This document shows positions 31,769 to 40,112 of a DNA stretch of 64,000 bases, in pieces. The number at the start of each line of letters is the position of its first letter. Positions within the stretch are counted from its first letter, which is position 1. The DNA comes from a virus (lineage: Duplodnaviria; Caudoviricetes): the IMG/VR virus record IMGVR_UViG_3300031993_000012, positions 64,001 through 128,000 of that record; one strand, 5' to 3'. The position numbers and the translations under genes were made by a program. The notes beneath the pieces were generated by a model. It did not search any database, had not been told where the DNA came from, and saw only the letters and a program-made list of their open reading frames with translations.

Positions 31769-32314
31769 TCATTTCTTTTTCATACGATGAATTACTGGTG
31801 TATCTTTATTTTCATATGCAGAATAAAGTTCAGGTGAAATGGTTTTGCTGAAACGGGAATTACGTGTTACGAGATACAGATATATTTGCGAATCGTCTCT
31901 ATATACTTTCATCAGTTTGCGATACTGATTATCCGTCATTTTCAATATTGTATCTTCTTCCAACGACGATGTATCCTTTTCCAACAATGATTGAAGTCTC
32001 TGTGTGTTTACGAGGAACTTCTCATTGATATCCTTCATATCCGAAAGACGGAACGGAGTACGATATTTGATATTAACGAACATCTCATCGTAGAATTTAT
32101 GTGTAGAACTCATAAGTTTATCTGCATATTGTTCTTCACCAGCTTCTTTGTAACGGTAATATCCTTCGATATAATCACACATGTCAGTTAATATTCTATT
32201 ATAATTCAGAATTGTGTATTCTGCTTTATCAGTATGATTATCAAATGCACGATTGATATCTTCGAATATTTCCTTGCTATGTTTAATGATTTCTGATATT
32301 GATGATTTGAACAT
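31769..32314 (-). CDS. hypothetical protein
   Basis: 181 aa, SD AAGGAGG, operon context. Confidence 0.7.
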   Translation of the reverse strand: MFKSSISEIIKHSKEIFEDINRAFDNHTDKAEYTILNYNRILTDMCDYIEGYYRYKEAGEEQYADKLMSSTHKFYDEMFVNIKYRTPFRLSDMKDINEKFLVNTQRLQSLLEKDTSSLEEDTILKMTDNQYRKLMKVYRDDSQIYLYLVTRNSRFSKTISPELYSAYENKDTPVIHRMKKK

Positions 32315-32329
32315 TATCTTTTCCCTCCT

Positions 32330-33718
32330 TTAGCTAATGATTGCTTTCCATACACGTTCACTCTTGTCGATTGGACGAATCTTAAGAATCTTCGTGAGTA
32401 AATCAGAAAGCTGACGCTGACCATCTGCAAGATACTGACGTGAATGTGGAACCACATAACGATCATCATGTGTATCAAGTACCGTGATATAGAAATCAAT
32501 GAGTTCCAACTTTGAACAAACATAACCTGCGAGCATAGCTTGATCATTGGAATCCTTGATGGCATTCATTTCAACTGTGACATATGCAACAATTGAACGA
32601 ACATCGATTGCTTTAAGATGTTTCGGTCGTTTAAGTGAAAACTCTTGATGGAACACATCGGGTGCCATTTTATCCGCATCTGGTGATGTATTGGCATCAT
32701 TAGGATTAGCCGGTTGCATCTTTTTATTGTCCTTGGGTTCACCTGCGGTTGGATTTGTTGGTTGTGGTGTTGTAGATGGAGTTTGTATCGGGTCAGCATT
32801 TTCAATCTGTGTTTGTGATTGAACATCTGCGCCAGATGACATTACTGGACGTGGAATCGTATTTGGGTCATCTAATTCCATTGTAGTATTAACATTTCCA
32901 CCACCGGATGGATTACAACTCATACAACCAGCACCGGATTCTTCTGATATTTTATAATCAATATCAAGTTTCTGATCATCGTCATCATCGGATATATCCA
33001 TTTTATATTCTGAATCATTTGTTTTTTCATCTTCAGCATCATTATGGTCGCCCATTATAGAAGTTGCAGATCCCCAGTTGTCATCCCAATCCATATCAGT
33101 AATGGAGTCTTCTGGGGATATATCAGAATCTTTGAACTGTTGAATTTCATCACGAAGTTGTTGAATATCATATGTGAAATCACGATCGTATCCGTATTCG
33201 TGATTGTCATTATCCAGATAATCATCTACTACGTTTTTAACGTCTTTGAATTCTTTACTATCTTTATCCAGTAAATCATCAATTACGTTACGACCATTCT
33301 GTACATCAGTATCAGATATTTCAACGTCACCATCTTCACCCATAACACCCATTGTTGCACCAGCAATTTCTTGCATCTTATACGGATTTTCCAATCCTTT
33401 ATTGGTCATTGCATCAATTGGCATTTTGGTTTTAACAATAAAACCAGCATATTTATCAACCTCATCGGCATCATCAAAGATTGTTCCAGTTGATATTGCT
33501 TTGGTAAGATTGCTTTCCTGAACATATGATATATTGCGTGGACATAATATTTGAACCTCTTCCTCTCGATTCTTATAAACACGCACATCATTTCCAGGAT
33601 ATTGCATAATGTTGATTTTGTTCTTTTCCGGATATATTACGTTAGCCATCTCACATACAACATCGTATTTATGAGAATCCATTGCGGCTTTAATGTATTT
33701 CTCAAAAGAACTATTCAT
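32330..33718 (-). CDS. acidic internal head protein
   Basis: very D/E-rich, YVQES/ISEES/FHQEF protease-type motifs, ordered helical C-terminal domain. Confidence 0.5.
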   Translation of the reverse strand: MNSSFEKYIKAAMDSHKYDVVCEMANVIYPEKNKINIMQYPGNDVRVYKNREEEVQILCPRNISYVQESNLTKAISTGTIFDDADEVDKYAGFIVKTKMPIDAMTNKGLENPYKMQEIAGATMGVMGEDGDVEISDTDVQNGRNVIDDLLDKDSKEFKDVKNVVDDYLDNDNHEYGYDRDFTYDIQQLRDEIQQFKDSDISPEDSITDMDWDDNWGSATSIMGDHNDAEDEKTNDSEYKMDISDDDDDQKLDIDYKISEESGAGCMSCNPSGGGNVNTTMELDDPNTIPRPVMSSGADVQSQTQIENADPIQTPSTTPQPTNPTAGEPKDNKKMQPANPNDANTSPDADKMAPDVFHQEFSLKRPKHLKAIDVRSIVAYVTVEMNAIKDSNDQAMLAGYVCSKLELIDFYITVLDTHDDRYVVPHSRQYLADGQRQLSDLLTKILKIRPIDKSERVWKAIIS

Positions 33719-33761
33719 TATAGGAACACCTACTTTCATATTATTTTAAAGGAGAATTATT

Positions 33762-34256
33762 ATGAATACAACAGAACTCATTTGCATTATATTGTCATCC
33801 ATCAGTATTGTCATCAGTATTATTACGATGATAATTGTATCGATTTCATCAAAACGTAATCGTGAAGATTTCACCGATATAAAGTTTTATATATATGAAA
33901 TCATGCGACGTGAATCCAATTTGTCATCGATATTCGATGAAATGCATGAGAGCGTTGAATCTTTATCAACGGGTTTTGATAACGTCCGCAAGTCGTTCAA
34001 TACCGCATTAGATGAAAAGATCAATATGAAACATTATCCATTACCAGAAGAAATCAAACAAATCGAAAGAGTAATGGTTGACCAAATAGAACAAATCGTC
34101 GGTCTCAACAGTAAACAACGAATACCAAATAAAGATATGTATGAAACCATTGTCACGAATGTATGTAAAACATTCCCGAATGTTGATATAGAATATATCG
34201 TAACGAAACTCACATCGTATATAGAAACCGGTCAGTTAGTAAGAAAAGATGAATAA
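33762..34256 (+). CDS. membrane-anchored protein
   Basis: N-terminal TM helix LICIILSSISIVISIITMIIVSI followed by KRNR, then coiled coil. Confidence 0.7.
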   Translation: MNTTELICIILSSISIVISIITMIIVSISSKRNREDFTDIKFYIYEIMRRESNLSSIFDEMHESVESLSTGFDNVRKSFNTALDEKINMKHYPLPEEIKQIERVMVDQIEQIVGLNSKQRIPNKDMYETIVTNVCKTFPNVDIEYIVTKLTSYIETGQLVRKDE

Positions 34257-34260
34257 TTCT

Positions 34261-34279
34261 GCCGGGGTATATCCCCGGC
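34261..34279 (+). terminator. hairpin/terminator
   Basis: gccgggg-tatat-ccccggc. Confidence 0.6.
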
Positions 34280-34298
34280 GATTATTCTTAAATTCTAC

Positions 34299-34318
34299 AT
34301 ATATATCATTCTATTGAA
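34299..34318 (+). promoter_or_regulatory. early-type promoter motif
   Basis: ATATATATCATT-CTAT-TGAA. Confidence 0.55.
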
Positions 34319-34518
34319 GCAACTCAGGAATATTTTACGGAGGTGATTCCATGGAAGATATTATCATTATCAACGATAGTACGACTCCCCAGTCAGAAAT
34401 CGAAAATAATATCAAAGTATGGTTAGGATAAAACCATACAATGATTAATGAAAAAACTTCACAATTCATTGAGTAATTGTTCATACGTTATAAACCCATT
34501 CCAACCTGAGAATGCTTC
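34316..34518 (+). ncRNA. structured peptide-coding RNA element, copy 1
   Basis: terminal stem gaagca-a-ctcagg / cctgag-aa-tgcttc; 52-nt block nearly identical to 51474..51524. Confidence 0.6.
34351..34431 (+). CDS. 26-aa peptide MEDIIIINDSTTPQSEIENNIKVWLG
   Basis: SD GGAGGTG; 19/26 identical to 51378..51458 with many synonymous changes. Confidence 0.8.
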   Translation: MEDIIIINDSTTPQSEIENNIKVWLG

Positions 34519-34578
34519 TAATTAAATGTGTGTAGATAACGAAATAAAAATATCACTCGAAAGGAGGTTAAACAACGA

Positions 34579-34938
34579 GTGAAAGTGATTATGAAAGATC
34601 CATCATATAAGAAAGTGGATCCAAACACACGTCGTTGTATTGATTTAGGTATCAAAAAATTACAACAGAGAATCGACAGTTACCTAGTTCAAGAACGACA
34701 AATCAATCAGGTTTTCAATGATGATACATTAATTCATGATATCATTTGTGGTTTCTATGTATACAAGTGCAGAGCCAATAATAATCAGCTCCGTTTGTTA
34801 TATACAATGAATAATAACAAACTGATTATTATATCACACTTCATCAAGAAAACCGATGAGGCTGGACATAATCAAGCATACATTCCTCACTTTAAGAAAG
34901 TATGCGAAACGTTAAACCAGAAAGGAATAAGATCATGA
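34579..34938 (+). CDS. RelE/ParE-superfamily (HigB/Gp49-like) toxin-like protein
   Basis: FYVYKCRANNNQLRLLYTMNNNKLIIISHFIKK fits the RelE-fold C-terminal pattern; basic, 119 aa; SD AAGGAGG, GTG start. Confidence 0.55.
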   Translation: MKVIMKDPSYKKVDPNTRRCIDLGIKKLQQRIDSYLVQERQINQVFNDDTLIHDIICGFYVYKCRANNNQLRLLYTMNNNKLIIISHFIKKTDEAGHNQAYIPHFKKVCETLNQKGIRS

Positions 34939-35573
34939 ACACATTATCAATCAAGAAAGAAAAACTGATATTCGATACTAATGCGATTGATTTCAATTTG
35001 CCGTATCGAATTGATATCAACAACAACAGTTACGTGGGTGCATTCGATGTTATAACTGAAGACAATCTCTCATTTTCATACTTTGATGAGAATGATAACC
35101 AACAAACAATCACATTATTACCAACCGATGACATCAAGGTATATCCGTTTCGTGGTTTAGGTGGTGAGCATATTAATCAGGAACGTCAGAAAATAGTTGA
35201 GCCTGATATAAAGAATTTCTACATTCGTAATAGCGTGATCGAGACAAACGATCAGCCGTTACTTATAATGAAAAATGACGAATGGGTATTCAACACTGCA
35301 GTCATTAAGAAATATCTTAACATGAAAGATATCCTGGTACGAATCAATTGGGGTATCAGTTTTAAAGCCTTATATGCAACAGACACATATGCGGTTTTTC
35401 CACCGGAATGCGTGGCAATCAATTCAGAGGAAAACCTGCTGAGTTGTGTTGACAAAAGTGTTAAATCAGGATATAACCTGAAATCAATACATATAGATTC
35501 AACGCTTTGGAAACATCTCGTATATGCACACATCGAGATTGTTGATAGAGGTTGGTATGAAGGAGAGATATAA
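34935..35573 (+). CDS. hypothetical early protein
   Basis: ATGA overlap with previous gene; N-domain similar to 35575..35925. Confidence 0.7.
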   Translation: MNTLSIKKEKLIFDTNAIDFNLPYRIDINNNSYVGAFDVITEDNLSFSYFDENDNQQTITLLPTDDIKVYPFRGLGGEHINQERQKIVEPDIKNFYIRNSVIETNDQPLLIMKNDEWVFNTAVIKKYLNMKDILVRINWGISFKALYATDTYAVFPPECVAINSEENLLSCVDKSVKSGYNLKSIHIDSTLWKHLVYAHIEIVDRGWYEGEI

Positions 35574-35574
35574 G

Positions 35575-35925
35575 ATGATATTTGGAAATAAAATCGAAGC
35601 CGTAAAAACATGCTTCAGTACTGAAAACTTCAAACCGGGATTCCCATACCTTATATTCGTAAATGGTATGGTAATTCATGGTACATATGTGAGAGGCAAT
35701 GACACTCAGTTGTTCTTCAACTACTTTAATGAAAGTGGTGAAGGAAAACAGATAGTGGTGATGGTTTACGATAAAGCCAACATTTATGAGCTTCAATCAT
35801 GCACTGAGAAGGATAGCGAAACATATAATGCATATGAAGCTATGAAAGCTATGAATGACCTCGACCAATTGGTGATATTAAAGTGCGCTAGAAAGGATAT
35901 AACGAATGATAGTTCTGACGAATAA
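35575..35925 (+). CDS. hypothetical early protein
   Basis: SD AAGGAG; F.T......PY.I..N....G.......L.F.YF.E pattern shared with previous gene. Confidence 0.7.
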   Translation: MIFGNKIEAVKTCFSTENFKPGFPYLIFVNGMVIHGTYVRGNDTQLFFNYFNESGEGKQIVVMVYDKANIYELQSCTEKDSETYNAYEAMKAMNDLDQLVILKCARKDITNDSSDE

Positions 35926-36475
35926 ACCTCAGACTGAGGATGAGTATCAGTATTCGTCATCGTTCATCAGTGTTTGTGAGGACGCATATGTTATGCGTCT
36001 TCATAGCACTAATCCGGATGAAGATGATATTGATGTGATCATGCATGAAGATGAGATCCATGTGATGACAACATGGTCAAAAGGTTGTAAAATCGCATAT
36101 GAGTTTGCATCACTTATGCGAGATGGTAAATCAATCTATTCATTAGAACTCGATTACACTGATGGCGAATATCATGTATCATGGATCGAGGATTGGGATA
36201 GATTTAAGGATTATTTATCCTGGAACAAATCTAATCCAAATTGGAAGAATACTTATTCATATAAAATTCATTCTTACAAAAATGCGTATGTCAAAACCAA
36301 ACCAATAGTATCAGATACAATACCAGACGATTGGGATACTGTTAAATCCAGAAAATATTTGCTGGATTTCTTTAAAGAGGATCTGGAAATACTCAAACCA
36401 GAAATCGAATCAAAATACGAGCAATTAGAATACGAAGGCCATGATTTCGAATATATAGTAGGAGGTGACAAATAA
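35906..36475 (+). CDS. hypothetical early protein
   Basis: 189 aa, SD AAAGGA. Confidence 0.7.
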   Translation: MIVLTNKPQTEDEYQYSSSFISVCEDAYVMRLHSTNPDEDDIDVIMHEDEIHVMTTWSKGCKIAYEFASLMRDGKSIYSLELDYTDGEYHVSWIEDWDRFKDYLSWNKSNPNWKNTYSYKIHSYKNAYVKTKPIVSDTIPDDWDTVKSRKYLLDFFKEDLEILKPEIESKYEQLEYEGHDFEYIVGGDK

Positions 36476-36774
36476 TGAAACTGAAAGAGTTACTGGAATG
36501 CAAGCGTTCAACATGGGTAAAACAGGACAATGGTGTCGAAGGACGTACAATAATTGAACTGATCACATGTGATATTGATGACTATGCTGAAACACCTTAT
36601 GATCACATTGAAGATCTGGTACTGGTATATGCATCAGATTACAAACCGGAAACGTTTTTGAATGAATCATTATTGAACAGGAATGTTTTGGGATTCGCAG
36701 CACGTTACACCGATCATATAATAATAGAAATTGAGGATAAATACAATGAATGCAAATCAGAAAATAGTAAGTAG
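36475..36774 (+). CDS. hypothetical early protein
   Basis: 99 aa, SD GGAGGTG, TAATG coupling. Confidence 0.7.
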   Translation: MKLKELLECKRSTWVKQDNGVEGRTIIELITCDIDDYAETPYDHIEDLVLVYASDYKPETFLNESLLNRNVLGFAARYTDHIIIEIEDKYNECKSENSK

Positions 36775-37273
36775 TTTTGAATATTCCGGTATGGATATCG
36801 AAACATTCAAACATCACGCATTAAAATATTTAAAACAAGAGATATCAAAATCTAATTTCACCGTATTTCAGAGCGATTGGGGTTTCATGAATAATGATAC
36901 CCCTTTCACACTCATTGTTGCACGTGATAAGGATAACAAATTCGAAATAGTTTGGTGGCTCAATGATTGGGGTACATTCGAAATAGAAACTCCAGTTAAG
37001 CATTTAGTCGCCAAATATTGGAAACTTAAAACACATTCTGACAGACTAAATTTGCACGATTGGAAAAAACATACCGCAAAATCATTAATAACGAAATACG
37101 GATGTTTAGCATTAGCGAACACATTCGTATTTCAACACAAGCAATCCATACCCACAAAAGAGCTCGATTATGAACTCAAGGAATTATTAAAAGAATATGA
37201 CCTTGGATTCAATCCCGACGATTCCGGAATGTGGGAGGGAAAGATTGCTTGTCTGTATAAGGAGGATATATAA
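36746..37273 (+). CDS. hypothetical early protein (family A)
   Basis: SD GAGGA; FQ..F..P..L.V...F.I...F.IETP....A..W shared with 38318..38848. Confidence 0.65.
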   Translation: MNANQKIVSSFEYSGMDIETFKHHALKYLKQEISKSNFTVFQSDWGFMNNDTPFTLIVARDKDNKFEIVWWLNDWGTFEIETPVKHLVAKYWKLKTHSDRLNLHDWKKHTAKSLITKYGCLALANTFVFQHKQSIPTKELDYELKELLKEYDLGFNPDDSGMWEGKIACLYKEDI

Positions 37274-37274
37274 A

Positions 37275-37817
37275 ATGGACAAGAAGAAATTTGTGCTCGT
37301 AGTAATAAAACATCACAGCGGTGATAAATATGTCACGTATATAACGGAACAATTTATCAAATTTAATATGAACTATCCAACATCACCAATAATGTTCGCG
37401 ATTGAGTTTAATCCATATTATTATGCAGACAAATGTAACAAGAACCAGTTCGGCAATGAGTGTTCTGAAATAACATACCATTTTGAATATCGCAATTTTA
37501 AATCTACTATTATAACAAATGAACCACATACGATTCGTGGAATTGAAGGTGGACCGAATGTAGAATATGAGATACCATTAACAAAATCATTCATTGATGA
37601 AAAATTGATTGATAATGGTGTAATTGAAAATGCTGAAAAATATAAATATATATGTTGGTCAGACGAGCGTGATGCGTTCATAGAACTCGTAGAATCTGAG
37701 TTTGAAAATGTTCCATTTAATAGAGTTGTAAACGTAATACACGATGGTTCTTTATATAAATCACCAATAACAAAAGATATATATGAAAGTATATACGGTT
37801 CAGAGGAGGAAATATAA
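37275..37817 (+). CDS. hypothetical early protein (family B)
   Basis: starts MDKKKF; paralog of next gene. Confidence 0.75.
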   Translation: MDKKKFVLVVIKHHSGDKYVTYITEQFIKFNMNYPTSPIMFAIEFNPYYYADKCNKNQFGNECSEITYHFEYRNFKSTIITNEPHTIRGIEGGPNVEYEIPLTKSFIDEKLIDNGVIENAEKYKYICWSDERDAFIELVESEFENVPFNRVVNVIHDGSLYKSPITKDIYESIYGSEEEI

Positions 37818-37818
37818 A

Positions 37819-38325
37819 ATGGACAAGAAGAAATTCGCCGTTGTTACAACAACATGGAACGATAATAAGTATGTACATGTACATGATGTGGAAGAGATTA
37901 AGGAGTGGATGCACGGTCATGTGACTGTAATTGGCCGTACATTAACACCATTAGCATATTTAGCCGATGGTCCAGACAATCCCCTTGAAGAATCAACTCT
38001 TGACATTTCATACCATATTGAGTTCCAGGAATTCATTGGTGAATTAGTTGAGGCTGATACAAAGACAATCAAGATATGTGATAAGACCGTATCATTAACA
38101 AAGACGATACTTGATACCGCCCTCATTAATAGCGGTGTTGATAAGGATTTAGTTGTCACCAATGAATATCGTTTATGGCATAATGATAGAGGTTATTTCA
38201 TTGAATGCGCGTATAAAGGATTCAAACATTCATCAGTAGATAACCCAGTACTTACATTGATATATGATGATGAGATAACAGCATCGATCTTCATGCGAGC
38301 ACTTATGGGTGATGACAATGGTTGA
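37819..38325 (+). CDS. hypothetical early protein (family B)
   Basis: starts MDKKKF; shared KYV, ISYH.E, LTK..D..LI..GV, W..DR..FIE motifs. Confidence 0.75.
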   Translation: MDKKKFAVVTTTWNDNKYVHVHDVEEIKEWMHGHVTVIGRTLTPLAYLADGPDNPLEESTLDISYHIEFQEFIGELVEADTKTIKICDKTVSLTKTILDTALINSGVDKDLVVTNEYRLWHNDRGYFIECAYKGFKHSSVDNPVLTLIYDDEITASIFMRALMGDDNG

Positions 38326-38848
38326 TGATTCAAAACTCACGCTCAGAGGATATGAGTTTGAAGCCGATACAGTTTCAACAATCGTATTCATGATGGAATT
38401 TGAAATTGCGAATTATGTTCGCATAGAGTTACAGAAAGATGAAACGGTTATATTTCAAACGGGTCAAACCTTTTCAGGTTGGAAAGGTCCATTGATGTTG
38501 AGTGTAACCAATAAAGGACGCCGATTCGACATCAAGTTGATTATAACCAAACAAACGAATTTCATCATCGAAACCCCAATGAGAAAGCATATCGCAACAC
38601 GTTGGTCCGTTAATATTCCAGTAAAACCCAGATTCATCAAAAACAAAAATGCATACGAATTGATGAAATTATATCCAGGACTTCCATATCCAAAACTCGA
38701 ATTCTTTGTACCAGTATATGATATCAAACCGTATGATCTTGAATCCGAAATTAAAAAACTTTTAACCAATTCATTATATTACGATAAAGATACAAAATGT
38801 ACGGGATATCATAATATGGCAATCATATTCAAAGGTAAAACCGATTAA
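38318..38848 (+). CDS. hypothetical early protein (family A)
   Basis: paralog of 36746..37273. Confidence 0.65.
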   Translation: MVDDSKLTLRGYEFEADTVSTIVFMMEFEIANYVRIELQKDETVIFQTGQTFSGWKGPLMLSVTNKGRRFDIKLIITKQTNFIIETPMRKHIATRWSVNIPVKPRFIKNKNAYELMKLYPGLPYPKLEFFVPVYDIKPYDLESEIKKLLTNSLYYDKDTKCTGYHNMAIIFKGKTD

Positions 38849-38855
38849 ATATATT

Positions 38856-38876
38856 GGGGCGGTATTCCCGCCCCAG
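38856..38876 (+). terminator. GC-rich hairpin
   Basis: tggggcgg-tattc-ccgcccca; no clear U tract. Confidence 0.45.
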
Positions 38877-38888
38877 AAAGGAAATATC

Positions 38889-40034
38889 ATGAGTCTATTA
38901 GACCGGTGGTACGCAGCACCGCAAAACATAACAACGGTTGATCCGATTGTTTCAAATGCAATACCAAGAGTTTTCAATCGAATTGATCATAGTTTTAAAC
39001 ATGATTGGGATACTGATACAACACGTTATTTGTCATTCATCAGACAACTATATACGGAATTTACGAACCTAAATTTGGGTGCAGTCCATATTAGTCAAAT
39101 CATTCCAATCAATACATGGTACAAAGGCGTATTTCTATCACCTGCATTTCCAAATATAATGGTGCTATCCTTATTAGGGGATGTATTCCCATCACAGCAA
39201 GGATTCATCAATGAATGTTCACCGCTTATAGAGCATTATAATATCAGATTAGCAACATCAGATGACATCAATTGTTTGGTAATGTTCGATGTACCATTGA
39301 AATTATATTATCCAATTATTGATGCATTCTTTAGAAATGATCTTCGTATGAGATGGCCGGAACAAGTAGTACCAAAAGAACCAAAACTTCCACCAAAGAA
39401 AGAAGTTAAATATTATCCATCACCGTTCCACGACGATGCATTTAGGATGATACATCAAATATATACCAAATATTTAAAAGGTATAGCATATAGAACATTT
39501 GATATCAAAAATATTTCCACTGTATACATAGCAAAAATGGAGACACTATCTAACTCATTACAATATAAATATGAACATGATATCGTTAAATCACACAACC
39601 ATCGCGAAATCATTAAGTTTTTCAAAATAGCAAAAATATTCAATCAAATTACAGACCATAGATTTCATCAAAACACTACTACGTATACAAAAATTCATTT
39701 CTGGATACGTCGAAAATATTCAGATGTTAGAATTTATAAGATTCTAAAATCTCATGATAATGATATATTGCAATGGTTTCTAAAATATACTGACACATTT
39801 AAGTATTTCGATGCTTTGCGTATCAAAAAATATGAAGATGAAATACGTAAACGAGAAGAGGCTGAATTAAAACCAAAACCAAAACCGGTAATAATACAAC
39901 TCGATGCTGAACCCACATATTATCCCAGTCACTGGGATAATTCTTTCCCTGTGATTCAAACTGGAGATGAAGTCATCGATAGACAATTACAATCAATCGT
40001 ATCGACTTTCATTGAGGATGTATATATTAATTAA
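38889..40034 (+). CDS. hypothetical protein
   Basis: 381 aa, SD AAAGGA. Confidence 0.65.
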   Translation: MSLLDRWYAAPQNITTVDPIVSNAIPRVFNRIDHSFKHDWDTDTTRYLSFIRQLYTEFTNLNLGAVHISQIIPINTWYKGVFLSPAFPNIMVLSLLGDVFPSQQGFINECSPLIEHYNIRLATSDDINCLVMFDVPLKLYYPIIDAFFRNDLRMRWPEQVVPKEPKLPPKKEVKYYPSPFHDDAFRMIHQIYTKYLKGIAYRTFDIKNISTVYIAKMETLSNSLQYKYEHDIVKSHNHREIIKFFKIAKIFNQITDHRFHQNTTTYTKIHFWIRRKYSDVRIYKILKSHDNDILQWFLKYTDTFKYFDALRIKKYEDEIRKREEAELKPKPKPVIIQLDAEPTYYPSHWDNSFPVIQTGDEVIDRQLQSIVSTFIEDVYIN

Positions 40035-40045
40035 CAAATACAAAA

Positions 40046-40074
40046 AGACACCCGGGCATATAGCCCGGGTCTCT
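40046..40074. terminator. hairpin between convergent genes
   Basis: acccgggc-atata-gcccgggt core. Confidence 0.65.
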
Positions 40075-40112
40075 CTTAATACATTTATAAATACATTCCG
40101 TTTTTATTTTTT

